NCBI GenBank assembly: GCA_011364965.1
Contig: RDOB01000002.1
Span: forward strand, 288,001 to 352,000
Reading direction: 5' to 3'
From: Candidatus Heimdallarchaeota archaeon
GTDB lineage: Archaea; Asgardarchaeota; Heimdallarchaeia; Hodarchaeales; Hodarchaeaceae
DNA: 64,000 nucleotides
The notes under the pieces were generated by a model. That model was not told the origin of the DNA, did no database searches, and worked only from the letters and a program-made list of their open reading frames with translations. Positions within the stretch are counted from its first letter, which is position 1, and every line of letters begins with the position of its first letter. The position numbers and the translations under genes are program-made. Positions 10,222 to 20,700 of the stretch are shown here, piece after piece.

Positions 10222-10366
10222 ATCAGTGTTGTCAAGTTCTGAGATCGTATATTAGCTTTACTAACGTTGGGTTTAAAGAATCTTGATATATTTTTATTTA
10301 CTAAAATAGGATCTTATCAAAATAAACACAAGAAGAAATTGACAGTGATTTGATTAATTTTTTTTT

Positions 10367-11077
10367 TCAAGTTTCATCCTCAATCATTGAATGAGAGATA
10401 TATGTAATAGGTTCTATGTCGGATTTTTTCACAATTAAGACATTCTTCAAATAATTCGAACCGTTAAATATGAAAAATAGTCCGATGAATAGGAGAGTTA
10501 TATTTAGAATAGCATAAAAAGCTAGAAAATAGTTTAATTTTTCATAGACGAGGTAATAGAAGGGGAAGGTGAAAAAGGTGAAATCAATGAAGTCATTAAA
10601 TAGTAACCATATAAATGAAATAGCAAAATTCCGAAATGATCTTTCTAGGAAGAAAATAGCAATAATGATGCCTTGTACAAATAATATTAAATGAAAATAG
10701 TCAAATGGATAGATGTTTGGTAGATTTATCCCAAAAATTGGAGGTGCGTGATAGTTTTGGGGAAATAATATAAAAATCATGGGAGCTGCAAGGGAGAATT
10801 TTAATAATCCCAAGGTTAGAATCCACATGAAATTTTGATGTGTTTTTATTCGGTTTCTATCAATGAGGAATGCAGCAAAGAGAACTGTATAAAGAGGACA
10901 ATCGGGGATAAAGAGCCATAAGAAAAATGAGATTCCATTTGTTTGAGGAAAATACGCTATAAACCCTAAAATTCCCCAGAATAAGTTAATAATGATGGCA
11001 ATGAATAGAACGATGGGATGAGTGAAAAATTTTGGAATTCCTTTTTTGAGAATTGCTGAAATTGATTTCGTATGCAT
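10367..11077 (-). CDS. DUF1405-like multi-pass membrane protein
   Basis: WLFIPDCPLY and NDFIDF motifs; several TM helices. Confidence 0.65.
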   Translation of the reverse strand: MHTKSISAILKKGIPKFFTHPIVLFIAIIINLFWGILGFIAYFPQTNGISFFLWLFIPDCPLYTVLFAAFLIDRNRIKTHQNFMWILTLGLLKFSLAAPMIFILFPQNYHAPPIFGINLPNIYPFDYFHLILFVQGIIIAIFFLERSFRNFAISFIWLLFNDFIDFTFFTFPFYYLVYEKLNYFLAFYAILNITLLFIGLFFIFNGSNYLKNVLIVKKSDIEPITYISHSMIEDET

Positions 11078-11234
11078 TTCAGTTCAGCCATGCCGTAGAA
11101 ATAAATGTATTGCTTCTGTTTAAATAATTTTCTTGGCATAAATCTGACTTAACACATATTTAATTACAATCTCATGATTCCATAAGTCATTTGAGTCAAA
11201 TTATGCACTATAAATCAATATGTCCTACAAATCT

Positions 11235-11891
11235 TTATTTCTCTGGGATTTTAACAGGACAGTTTACACCTTTAGCAAACTCTTTTGCCATTGATTCGTC
11301 TCCTACAACTCCCGATCCCCAATGCATAGGAATAGCAAGTTTAGGGGAAAGTACTTTAGCAGCTTCAATCGCCTCCTTAGCTGTCATAACATAGGTCCCA
11401 CTGACAGGGATTAATGCTACGTCTGTTTTAATTTCACTCATTTCTGGAATATGATCTGAATCTCCCGTATGATAGATTCGTGTACCCTCTAGTGTAATAA
11501 TTACCCCGATGTGCTTATCGCTTTTAGGGTGAAATGGTACTCCAGGTGATCTAAACTTATTAATATTATATGCTGGAACCATCTCAAATTTTATTTCATT
11601 GATGATAATTTCATCGCCAGGTTGCACAAGATTTACTTTTTTGCATTTTACTCTTTCAAGAACATCCTTGGCTAAAGGGATACCTATAATCTCAGTTTCT
11701 GATGATGTAAACTTTGATATATCTTCAAAGCTGCAATGATCTCCATGCTGATGAGTACTAATGATTACATCTACAGGAGTAAAGATTCCTTTCACTCTGA
11801 AAGGGTCCAAACATACTTTTTTGCCATTACTGGATATTAGAAAACCATCATGTCCCAACCACTGAATCTTTACATTTTGGAACTCAATCAG
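11235..11891 (-). CDS. Metallo-beta-lactamase-fold hydrolase (probable CTG start)
   Basis: THQHGDH, YHTGDSD, IPMHW; in-frame extension (M)IEFQNVKIQWLGHDG begins at CTG 11891 after AGGTGG RBS. Confidence 0.85.
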   Translation of the reverse strand: MIEFQNVKIQWLGHDGFLISSNGKKVCLDPFRVKGIFTPVDVIISTHQHGDHCSFEDISKFTSSETEIIGIPLAKDVLERVKCKKVNLVQPGDEIIINEIKFEMVPAYNINKFRSPGVPFHPKSDKHIGVIITLEGTRIYHTGDSDHIPEMSEIKTDVALIPVSGTYVMTAKEAIEAAKVLSPKLAIPMHWGSGVVGDESMAKEFAKGVNCPVKIPEK

Positions 11892-12034
11892 TTTTTTCCA
11901 CCTGAAAACCTATAGTAAAACATAGTTTAAGAAGCTTATTGCTATATTATTAATTGAACGAGGAATCAAAAAAGAAAATAAAGTCCATCAGAAATTAATA
12001 GAAAGGTTAGAACATACGTAAAAAGTGGTATATA

Positions 12035-12832
12035 TTGAGTATTATGATTTTTCGTGAAAATATATATAAAATCATTAATGTAATTGAGAAAAAATATTCT
12101 TCAGATCTATATTCTATAATATTATTCGGATCATTAACATTTCCACAGTCTAATTTAGGTTCAACTGATATAGACTTGGTAATTGTAATAAAAAATGAAT
12201 CAAGGGAAGTTTTCCAGGAAATCAAGCATTATTTGAGTTTATTAGATCAAACTCAATTTTCTCAACATCGAACTTTGAGTTTTAATAAAAGTTTAGAACG
12301 CGCTACCGGAATGTTTGTGAATTTCTTTGCGTGTAAATTATCTGATTTCCAAAATAGATGTTTTCATAAAGTCTTCGGATTGAATAGGTTTGTTAGCACT
12401 ATCTTAGCTCCTCAAACTTCCGTTTGGATATCTTTATGGAAACAACATCAGATCCTTTGGGGTGAAGATCCCTTTAAAACTTGGCTGGATATCCCAAAGT
12501 TCACAAAACTTGATTTATACAGATCATTCTTAATGAATTTTCTACTAGCTCTAGGATCCATAGTTTTGTATCCATTATCGCGATCTTTCGTGAAATACTC
12601 AATGGAAGCAATGAAGTGGAGCTTATTTACATGGCGAAATGTCCAAGATCTACCTATTATTCCGATTGATAAGTTGGTGTGGTATTATACAAAACAAAAA
12701 TTATTACCTCTGGAGATGTTAGCACTTCGATATTTTGTTGAATATCGAAAAACACAAGAATCAACTGTTCTTTTTCCTGCGTTGACGTTTTATTTTGTTA
12801 TATGTCTCCATTTATTTGTATATAGAATTTAG
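12035..12832 (+). CDS. Pol-beta-superfamily nucleotidyltransferase domain protein
   Basis: ILFGS...TDIDLVIV signature. Confidence 0.7.
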   Translation: MSIMIFRENIYKIINVIEKKYSSDLYSIILFGSLTFPQSNLGSTDIDLVIVIKNESREVFQEIKHYLSLLDQTQFSQHRTLSFNKSLERATGMFVNFFACKLSDFQNRCFHKVFGLNRFVSTILAPQTSVWISLWKQHQILWGEDPFKTWLDIPKFTKLDLYRSFLMNFLLALGSIVLYPLSRSFVKYSMEAMKWSLFTWRNVQDLPIIPIDKLVWYYTKQKLLPLEMLALRYFVEYRKTQESTVLFPALTFYFVICLHLFVYRI

Positions 12833-14154
12833 GGGGAATATATATCTGGAGTTCTGGGAAACATGCTTGCTTCTCGAACGTGTGATAGATTAGCTACCCA
12901 TCGAATAAGTCGTTCAAAACCTAAACCATATCCTGCATGGGGTGGCATACCATATTTGAACATACGAAGGTACCATTCAAAATCATCTGGATTAAAACCC
13001 TTACCCAAAATTCGTTCATTCAATGTATCATACCTAGCTACTCTCTGGCCACCGCTTGATAATTCTCCAAATCCTTCAGGAGCCATCAAGTCAAGTGAAC
13101 GAGTGACTTCTGGATTATCAGGATCTGTTGCATAGTACATTCCACGTAAATTCGTTGGAAAGTGTGTTATAAAGAATGGTTCATCAAAACTTTTGGATAG
13201 AACCGATTCCTCTGGCGCACCAAAATCCTCTTTTGGGTTTACTTCCAATTCCATGTCTAGTAGAATTTGCTTTGCTTCTACAAACTTAATTCGTTTGAAG
13301 GGTTTAGAAGGTATCTTTATAATTCGATTTAGTTTATTCAATTGCTCTTTTGCTTCTAAATTTACTTTTTTTAGAACAAATATAACTAAATCTTCCTGAA
13401 CCTGCATTATTTCTTGATCTGTTGCGAAGGCAATTTCATTTTCAATCTGCCAAAATTCAGTCATATGTTTTGGAGTATGTGATTTTTCAGCTCTCCAAGA
13501 AGGAATTATTCCGAAAACTTTTTCGTGACACGCAAGAGCTGCTTGTTTATAAAATTGACAGGATTGAGCAAGAACAGCTGGACGACCAAAATAATCTAAT
13601 TTGAATTGTTCCGCTCCTCCCTCCGTTGAAGCTGTTAGAATAAAAGGAGTAAAAATTTCAATAAAATTATTTTTTCGGAAAAATTCCCGTATAGCTCCAG
13701 CTATAACATTCTTAATTTCCATAATTCTCGATACTTCAGGATCGCGAATAGCTAATTCTCTATATCTAAAAGCAGTATCGATATCCATCTGGGTTTTTTT
13801 TCCTGTTAGATCGATGGGGATTTTCGGATCCGCAATTGCATGAATTTTGATAGAAATGGGAATAATTTCTGCGCCAAGTTTCGAGCGCGGGTCAGATTTG
13901 ACTAAACCCCGTATTGAGACAACTGATTCTAGGGTTATCTCTTTGGCACGATCCCATATTTCTGAGCTTACTTTCTTCTCATGCAATGTTACTTGAGCAA
14001 GACCATGATGATCTCTAAGTGTAAGAAAGATTAAACGTCCTTTATCTCGTTTTTGATGTATCCATCCTGCTATTATAACTTCTAATCCATTATTCGTGCC
14101 TGTAACATCTTTTGTAGTGCTAGTACGCCATTCAGGATTTACTGCATAAATCAT
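12829..14154 (-). CDS. aspS: Aspartate--tRNA ligase, archaeal type
   Basis: OB anticodon domain, QSCQFYKQ (Asp-type YKQ), motif 2 RAE, motif 3 GMPPHAGYGLGFER; start trimmed to ATG 14154 (AGGAG RBS), which avoids overlap with trxB. Confidence 0.85.
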   Translation of the reverse strand: MIYAVNPEWRTSTTKDVTGTNNGLEVIIAGWIHQKRDKGRLIFLTLRDHHGLAQVTLHEKKVSSEIWDRAKEITLESVVSIRGLVKSDPRSKLGAEIIPISIKIHAIADPKIPIDLTGKKTQMDIDTAFRYRELAIRDPEVSRIMEIKNVIAGAIREFFRKNNFIEIFTPFILTASTEGGAEQFKLDYFGRPAVLAQSCQFYKQAALACHEKVFGIIPSWRAEKSHTPKHMTEFWQIENEIAFATDQEIMQVQEDLVIFVLKKVNLEAKEQLNKLNRIIKIPSKPFKRIKFVEAKQILLDMELEVNPKEDFGAPEESVLSKSFDEPFFITHFPTNLRGMYYATDPDNPEVTRSLDLMAPEGFGELSSGGQRVARYDTLNERILGKGFNPDDFEWYLRMFKYGMPPHAGYGLGFERLIRWVANLSHVREASMFPRTPDIYSP

Positions 14155-14270
14155 GTCCAATACTCTCCTCATTTTTCCTAATTTCATAAAAGTGTTAAAA
14201 ATAGCATATGTTAAATAATTTAGGGTAGAAAGATAATAAAAACCCTTATACAACCTAGGGAAGGAATATA

Positions 14271-15242
14271 ATGCAATTAATCTTACACAAAAAACCAACA
14301 GATGAAGATATCAGTCCTAATCGAGAAATTGTGATCATCGGAAGTGGGCCTGCTGGTCTAACAGCAGCTATATATGCTGCACGTGCCCAATTACATCCCC
14401 TAGTGATTGCAGGATTGGAGCCTGGAGGTCAATTGATGACCACAACTGAAGTTGAAAACTTTCCAGGATTTCCTGAGGTTGTGCACGGCCCTGATTTGAT
14501 GTCTGAAATGCGAATTCAAGCTCAAAGACTTGGAACTGAATTCCTAGAACAGAATGTGATGGATGTTAACTTTGATCAGTACCCTTTTCTTGTATTAACT
14601 GATCAACGTCAGTTCAATGCGAAAGCTGTCATTATTGCAACAGGTGCAGAACCTAAAAGACTTGAATTAGAAAATGAGGCAAAATTAAGTGGAAGAGGGG
14701 TAAGTTATTGCGCTACTTGCGATGCTCCTTTCTTTAAGGATGTTGAAGCAGCTGTGATCGGAGCTGGAGACGCAGCATTTGAAGAAGCCCTGTTTTTAGT
14801 AAAATATGCTTCTAAGGTGAAGCTAATCTATCGGGGTTCAAAAGAAAAAATACGTGCAAATAAATCTCTTCAAAATAGAGCTTTGAAAGATCCTAAAATT
14901 GAATTTATCTACAATACTATCGTTACAGAGGTATTAGGTCAGGAAAGATTACTTGGTATCAAAGTATTGAATCTAGAGTCTCAAAAGGAATATGAAATTC
15001 CCTTAGGAGGTTTATTAGTTGCAATTGGCCATATTCCCCAAACTCAATTGTTTAAAGGGAAAATTGAGATGATTAATGGATATATTCTACATAAAAGGTA
15101 CACTATGACGAATATTCCTGGGATTTTTGCTGCTGGAGATGTAGTGGATTTTCGATATCGACAAGCAATAACTGCTGCAGGGCAAGGATGTCAAGCAGCA
15201 ATCGATGCTGAAAAATGGCTACAAGATCCTAAGTTATTCTGA
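14271..15242 (+). CDS. trxB: Thioredoxin-disulfide reductase
   Basis: GSGPAG, CATCD redox motif, GAGDAAFEEA, FAAGDV. Confidence 0.96.
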   Translation: MQLILHKKPTDEDISPNREIVIIGSGPAGLTAAIYAARAQLHPLVIAGLEPGGQLMTTTEVENFPGFPEVVHGPDLMSEMRIQAQRLGTEFLEQNVMDVNFDQYPFLVLTDQRQFNAKAVIIATGAEPKRLELENEAKLSGRGVSYCATCDAPFFKDVEAAVIGAGDAAFEEALFLVKYASKVKLIYRGSKEKIRANKSLQNRALKDPKIEFIYNTIVTEVLGQERLLGIKVLNLESQKEYEIPLGGLLVAIGHIPQTQLFKGKIEMINGYILHKRYTMTNIPGIFAAGDVVDFRYRQAITAAGQGCQAAIDAEKWLQDPKLF

Positions 15243-15279
15243 TTAAAGAAGTAAAAATAAAAAAAGGAAGGAGGAGGGT

Positions 15280-17586
15280 TTATGGGGGGCTTCCACCGCT
15301 GAAAATATCAGTTAGTGGTACACCATCCATATCTTCAAAGAATGTTTGAATGATTTCTTGAAATCCTGGGGCGTCAAGGAGATCAAGAATCGCTTCAAGC
15401 GAGGCCATTGTATTTAGAATACCTTGGGCCAATCCTCCTATAGATCCCCCTTCAGGGTCAGGTTCTAGTTCAAATAATGGATTGGGAGTGTAAAGCATAT
15501 TTTTCCAATTCGTTTTTGCCTGACTATCAATATTATCCGCTCCATCTATAGCAAACCATCCTGCAGATGCATTGGCAATACAGAAATTCATATAATCTTT
15601 TGATTTGTTATAATCTGGATCATTCAATAGGAAATTCACAAAATCGGTAGCATTGGATGCAGCTGCATATGATGTAGTATATGATTGATTAAAGAGCGAA
15701 AATCCTTCTGTTAATGCGCTAATTGAAGATACTGTATACCCAAGTCCTGAAATTAGTCCTCCAATTTGAGTAATATTTTGACTAAAAGTAGAAAGCATCG
15801 ATGAAAATTCATTCAACATCGGACGTAAAGAGCCATCGATAATTTCCCCATAGCTTTTAGTTGTCAGGGTTTCACTGAAATCAGTTGCATGAACAATATT
15901 ACCGGCAGCTGCGTTGAAAAGAGTTGATACCTCTGATAAATCAGCTGATAGTGCTCCTAATCCTTCGGAAAGACTAATTAAGTCACTTCCATTGAATTCT
16001 AAAGTATCTAGTGTAATTAAAACGTCTTCCATCTTTGTATAACACTCTGTTCCATTTGCTGCAGCCAACGAAAACCAACTGAGAAGATTAGTCATATCTT
16101 TGAGAATTTCTACTGTTCCCCAAAATGGTAAGGGTGAATTTGGGTCTAAACCAGTGCTATTTATTGCATTTAATGTTGTATTTGCATCTATCAGATCAAT
16201 AGCCGCGCTTACTATCCAGGAATGTGATCCAATGAAGTCACTATCTCCAAGATCTTCAACCGCTAAAGTTGTTTTATAGGTTGCATTTAGAAAATCGATA
16301 GCTCCAGTAGCTATATCAAGGATTATTCCATAACCTACATCAACTTGGTCAATAATTTCAAGAATAAAAGCCATCTCTCCTGAAGTATCTACAATAACTT
16401 CTGCAACAATATCTCTAGCTCCACTAATTGCACTAACGACCCCATCACGAGATTCTTGGAAATAATCAATTGCATCAGATAAGTTTCCTAGTCCTACATT
16501 GAAATTAGGATTATAATCAGCTGAAGGTGCAGAAATAGATCCACCAGATCCACCTCCTAAATCTGAAGTACCTAATACAGAGAATGTCCTATTAAAACCG
16601 TCTACTAAGCTGAAGTAACCTAGGAGTAAATAAGGGATCTCTGAGGAGACATCAGCGAGAACTTCGGAGATATCTAATAGAATTGGCAATTTTTTTAGAT
16701 CAATACCGCCATAGGTGCCTTCGGGAAAGATATATTCCGCAAGAATAGATGTGAGAATAGTAGTGTAAAAATTCCCTTGAACTTGATCGAATTTATATTG
16801 AGATCTTCTGAACCATTCCGTGGCACGTTGAGCCGATAACATTAGCTCTTGCAATACTTCGGGATCACTAAGATCGATTGGTATTCCACCATTTTGTGCT
16901 CCAAGTCCTCCGTCTAAACTTCCACCGAATATTCCCATAAATTCAGCACCTCCCGCAACTAGTGAAATACTACCGTCCACAAGGTTAGCGATTCCATGAT
17001 ATGTGAAAGGTATAAGCAATATTAATAATATAACGAAAATTGCAGCGATAGGTTTACTTATCACAGATATAATGGAAAATTTGCCTTTTTTAGTCCAAAA
17101 TCCTGTAGCTAGCATGGATAGGAAAAATCCGAAAAATAATGCCATAAGCTCTAGGATGAATAGATCAGCAATCATTGCTCCCTGCACGACCTGATCCATC
17201 ATTGCGGCAGATTCTGCTGGAATAAGCCCCGTTTGAGTAATTGATCCCAGAGGCCCAGCTAAAGCAGAAAGCAGCCCAAAGGGATTAGGAATCATATTAT
17301 TTGATAATGTATCTATAAAGAATAGAATAACCCATGAGATTGGAGCTGCAATTACACTTAAAAGGCCTAGAAGCTTTGATCTTGCTAGAATTCCCGTTAA
17401 ACAGAATGCTATAGCAATTATTAATATCTCTAGTTGTAGTAAAAAGGCATTTCTGGCTGATCCTAAAATCCCAAATACGATAGCTACGACAATAGGTGCC
17501 ACAATTGCTGCTAAAAACGCTTGCCATAACGGAAGGGCTTTTACGGTTCGTAAATCATCAGATTCTTCTGGAGACATCATATTCAT
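15280..17586 (-). CDS. Hypothetical membrane protein with large acidic helical domain
   Basis: About 5 N-terminal TM helices, then ~550 aa acidic region with many N-x-S/T sequons. Confidence 0.65.
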   Translation of the reverse strand: MNMMSPEESDDLRTVKALPLWQAFLAAIVAPIVVAIVFGILGSARNAFLLQLEILIIAIAFCLTGILARSKLLGLLSVIAAPISWVILFFIDTLSNNMIPNPFGLLSALAGPLGSITQTGLIPAESAAMMDQVVQGAMIADLFILELMALFFGFFLSMLATGFWTKKGKFSIISVISKPIAAIFVILLILLIPFTYHGIANLVDGSISLVAGGAEFMGIFGGSLDGGLGAQNGGIPIDLSDPEVLQELMLSAQRATEWFRRSQYKFDQVQGNFYTTILTSILAEYIFPEGTYGGIDLKKLPILLDISEVLADVSSEIPYLLLGYFSLVDGFNRTFSVLGTSDLGGGSGGSISAPSADYNPNFNVGLGNLSDAIDYFQESRDGVVSAISGARDIVAEVIVDTSGEMAFILEIIDQVDVGYGIILDIATGAIDFLNATYKTTLAVEDLGDSDFIGSHSWIVSAAIDLIDANTTLNAINSTGLDPNSPLPFWGTVEILKDMTNLLSWFSLAAANGTECYTKMEDVLITLDTLEFNGSDLISLSEGLGALSADLSEVSTLFNAAAGNIVHATDFSETLTTKSYGEIIDGSLRPMLNEFSSMLSTFSQNITQIGGLISGLGYTVSSISALTEGFSLFNQSYTTSYAAASNATDFVNFLLNDPDYNKSKDYMNFCIANASAGWFAIDGADNIDSQAKTNWKNMLYTPNPLFELEPDPEGGSIGGLAQGILNTMASLEAILDLLDAPGFQEIIQTFFEDMDGVPLTDIFSGGSPP

Positions 17587-17730
17587 TCACGATAAATAAC
17601 TTTTAATTGATATTTACTCTAAGGATAATGAAGGTTGTTATTAAGATTATCCGTATAAAAACAAAAAAATCATCTAGAAGGTACAATTCGATTTTTCAAG
17701 AATAGAGTGAGAAAATTGAGGCTTTAATGA

Positions 17731-19713
17731 TTATGAATGAATTTTTTTGCTAAATTTATCCCAAGTTTCAATTTTAATTCCATATTGTTTAGCTTTTTCT
17801 ATTTTCTTTGATCCAGGTTTTTCTCCTAATACTAATAAATCTAATTTCTTGGTTAAAGGTGCCCATTCATATCCATGACTGGATAGTATATCCTGTAGTT
17901 CTCTTTTGGTCAAGCCTTCAATTTTTCCTGAAACATAAATCGAGATGGAATTTTCATTATTATGTGAAGTAGAAAATTCTGGTTCGGGTTTTATTGGTTT
18001 TTTGGTTGAACTAGGAAGGTATGTTTCTAGTGTAGTTTTCTTTTCCTCCTTTCTTTGAACTCTTTTCCCACTATAGTTTAATTTCAAACCTTTCGATAAA
18101 ACTTGTTCTGCTAAAGAGGAGTCTTGTAGACCTTTGATTATATAATCTGCAGTAATATCTGAAATCCCTTCGATTTTCATTAAATCTTTTGCATCTGCAC
18201 TTTTTAGTGAATTAAAATCCTGAAAATGATGAGCTAGAACCTTAGCCATACGTGTTCCAAGAGAATCTATACCTAATGCTGCAAGAAAAATACTAAAAGG
18301 TAATTCCCGTTTATTTTGGATACTCTCATAGATTTTTGCCCCATTTTTCCCTAAGATATTTACCAGGATGTTTTCACTTAGTTTTTTATCATAAAGATCT
18401 GAAAAATGCCTTACTATACCCTCGTCATAAAGTCTAGCTATATTTTTCACCCCCAATCCCATAATTTCGGTAATTTTAACCCAATGTCGAATTCGTTGGA
18501 TTTCTCGATCACGACAGATAAGTGCTTGACATTTTAAATTTACTCCTACTCTCTCAAGTTTTGAATCACAAGAAGGGCATCGAACAGGAAATGATGGTTC
18601 CAATGCTCCTTTCTCATTAACTTCGATGATTTTGGGGATTACATCTCCAGATCTTACAACGAGGACTTTATCACCTGGAGCGGCATTTAAAGATTCCATA
18701 AATTCTGCGTTATGAAGTGTTGCACGTTTAATTACTGCGCCAGCAATTTCTATGGGTTTGAGCTCTGCTACTGGGGTAATGCTTCCAGTTCGTCCTACTT
18801 GCCAAGTTATTGATTCAATAGAGGTAATATCTCCTTGACTTTCAAACTTTAAAGCGATCATCCACTTTGGATGATGAGCTGTGCTTCCTGCATTGCTTCG
18901 TTCTTTTGCAGCATTATATTTCAGCACCAACCCATCAATTTCAAAATCTAAGGTGTTTCTATCTTCTTCTACTTGTCTGAATATTTCTTTGATTTTTGTT
19001 TCTGTTGGGATTTCAATATAGCCAACAAATGCTGTCTCAAATCCCCATTCATTAAGTATTTGATTTTTTATTTTTAGATCAGCTTCATCATCATATCCAA
19101 TTAATTCAAATGCAAAAAAGTTCAATTTTCGTCTTGTTAATAGCTTTAGGTTTTTTTGTTTCAGAGTTCCCACTGCTAAATTTCTGGGACTATTATAGTC
19201 AAATCCTTCTTCTCGTTTTATCCTTTTAAACTCTGATATCTTCATATATATTTCCCCCCTTATGTTAATTCGTGCTTGAACGGGAACTTTTTTCGGTATC
19301 CTTGGAATTTTCATAACATCTATTGTTACATCATCACCCGCTGTCGCATTTCCTCTCGTTGCCGCTTGAATCAATTTTCCGTCAACATAAATTAAGGAGA
19401 GAGAGAATCCATCTATTTTATATTCAACTAACAGATCCAATCCCTTACTCCATTTTAATACCTCTTCAATATCCCCTGCTTTCTGACACGATAACATTGG
19501 AGTATCATGGATGACTTTTCCTCCTTCTGGTGTTCCAACGATATATAATACTGGATTATCTGGATCAAGTATACGAAGTTTCTCCTCTATAGCATCGTAT
19601 TCGGCATCAGAGATCACTGGTTCCCCATTATAGTACTTTTTCTTATGATAAAGGATATGATCAACAAGCCTCTGAATTTCTGATTCACTAGAGTTCCCCT
19701 GCATTATAATCAA
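17731..19713 (-). CDS. ligA: NAD-dependent DNA ligase
   Basis: YYNG..ISDAEYD, KIDG adenylation motif, TRGN, ATLHN, SGDVIP, C4 Zn finger, HhH, C-terminal BRCT. Confidence 0.95.
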   Translation of the reverse strand: MIIMQGNSSESEIQRLVDHILYHKKKYYNGEPVISDAEYDAIEEKLRILDPDNPVLYIVGTPEGGKVIHDTPMLSCQKAGDIEEVLKWSKGLDLLVEYKIDGFSLSLIYVDGKLIQAATRGNATAGDDVTIDVMKIPRIPKKVPVQARINIRGEIYMKISEFKRIKREEGFDYNSPRNLAVGTLKQKNLKLLTRRKLNFFAFELIGYDDEADLKIKNQILNEWGFETAFVGYIEIPTETKIKEIFRQVEEDRNTLDFEIDGLVLKYNAAKERSNAGSTAHHPKWMIALKFESQGDITSIESITWQVGRTGSITPVAELKPIEIAGAVIKRATLHNAEFMESLNAAPGDKVLVVRSGDVIPKIIEVNEKGALEPSFPVRCPSCDSKLERVGVNLKCQALICRDREIQRIRHWVKITEIMGLGVKNIARLYDEGIVRHFSDLYDKKLSENILVNILGKNGAKIYESIQNKRELPFSIFLAALGIDSLGTRMAKVLAHHFQDFNSLKSADAKDLMKIEGISDITADYIIKGLQDSSLAEQVLSKGLKLNYSGKRVQRKEEKKTTLETYLPSSTKKPIKPEPEFSTSHNNENSISIYVSGKIEGLTKRELQDILSSHGYEWAPLTKKLDLLVLGEKPGSKKIEKAKQYGIKIETWDKFSKKIHS

Positions 19714-19860
19714 CTATATGGAAGTGGTTTGATCTCTATCATTCAATAAATGTCAAGTTAAAAAAACTTAGCAGTTATTCAACTTGAAACATACGCGCGG
19801 GGTTTTAAAACTCATGTAGAGAGTCTGAAAAAAAAATCAGAGAAAACGTGATGAAAAGTA

Positions 19861-20700
19861 ATGGAGATCGATTTAATTATTAAAATAGGTGGATCTTGCC
19901 TATCAAACAAGATGCTCTTATACAAGGCATTAAAAGAACCCTCTGAGGAGAATATTAAAGCAGCAGTGAAAATAGATTTAGAAATCATTGACCAAATCGC
20001 AGCTGAGATTGGACAAGTCTACTTTTCAAAGAAAAGAAGAATGATAGTTTTAACAGGAGTTGGGGCTCCTGGACATTTTACAGTTTTAAAATATAATATG
20101 CACAAAGGTGACGATGGAACTTTGGAACAGCATCTGGGACTAGTTGAAGCTCAGATTGCTGTAAATAATCTGCGCCAAGCCAATTTGAAGGCATTTTTAC
20201 ATCACAAAATTCCAGCAGTACAAGTTTATGCCTCAAGTATCTATCAATCTGATAAAATGCGAATCATCGAAAGCTATACAGAAAATTTTGAGAAATTTAT
20301 TGAATTGGGAATAGTACCGATAATTTCAGGTGATATGGTTCCTGATCGGACGATGGGTTATAGTGTCCTCTCTGGGGATCAAATTTTGTTGGACTTAGCT
20401 ACAAAATTTCAGCCTAGAAGGGTGATCTTTGGCTCAGATGTCGATGGATTGTATGATTCTGATCCAAAAATCAATCGGAATGCTAAATTAATTCCAAAAA
20501 TTACACAGGATAATATGGACGGTTATATTGGAGAAATTAAGGGAGACGATGCCTCTGGTCAACTTAAAGGGAAGATTCAGGAAATTAAGAACCTTCTTGA
20601 AGCAGGTTTCAAAGATATAACATTAATGAATTTAACTCAAAAAGGGAGGTTATTAGATGTTTTAGAAGACAAAAATGTTCCAATGAGTAGATTTACTTAA
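19861..20700 (+). CDS. Isopentenyl phosphate kinase (amino-acid kinase family)
   Basis: KIGGS, GxGxxGH, PIISGD, SGDQI, SDVDGLYDSDP. Confidence 0.8.
   Translation: MEIDLIIKIGGSCLSNKMLLYKALKEPSEENIKAAVKIDLEIIDQIAAEIGQVYFSKKRRMIVLTGVGAPGHFTVLKYNMHKGDDGTLEQHLGLVEAQIAVNNLRQANLKAFLHHKIPAVQVYASSIYQSDKMRIIESYTENFEKFIELGIVPIISGDMVPDRTMGYSVLSGDQILLDLATKFQPRRVIFGSDVDGLYDSDPKINRNAKLIPKITQDNMDGYIGEIKGDDASGQLKGKIQEIKNLLEAGFKDITLMNLTQKGRLLDVLEDKNVPMSRFT

Noticed and set aside
14155-14298. N-terminal extension of aspS overlapping trxB head-to-head
   Set aside because: Non-homologous AT-rich promoter sequence; a better start with RBS exists at 14154
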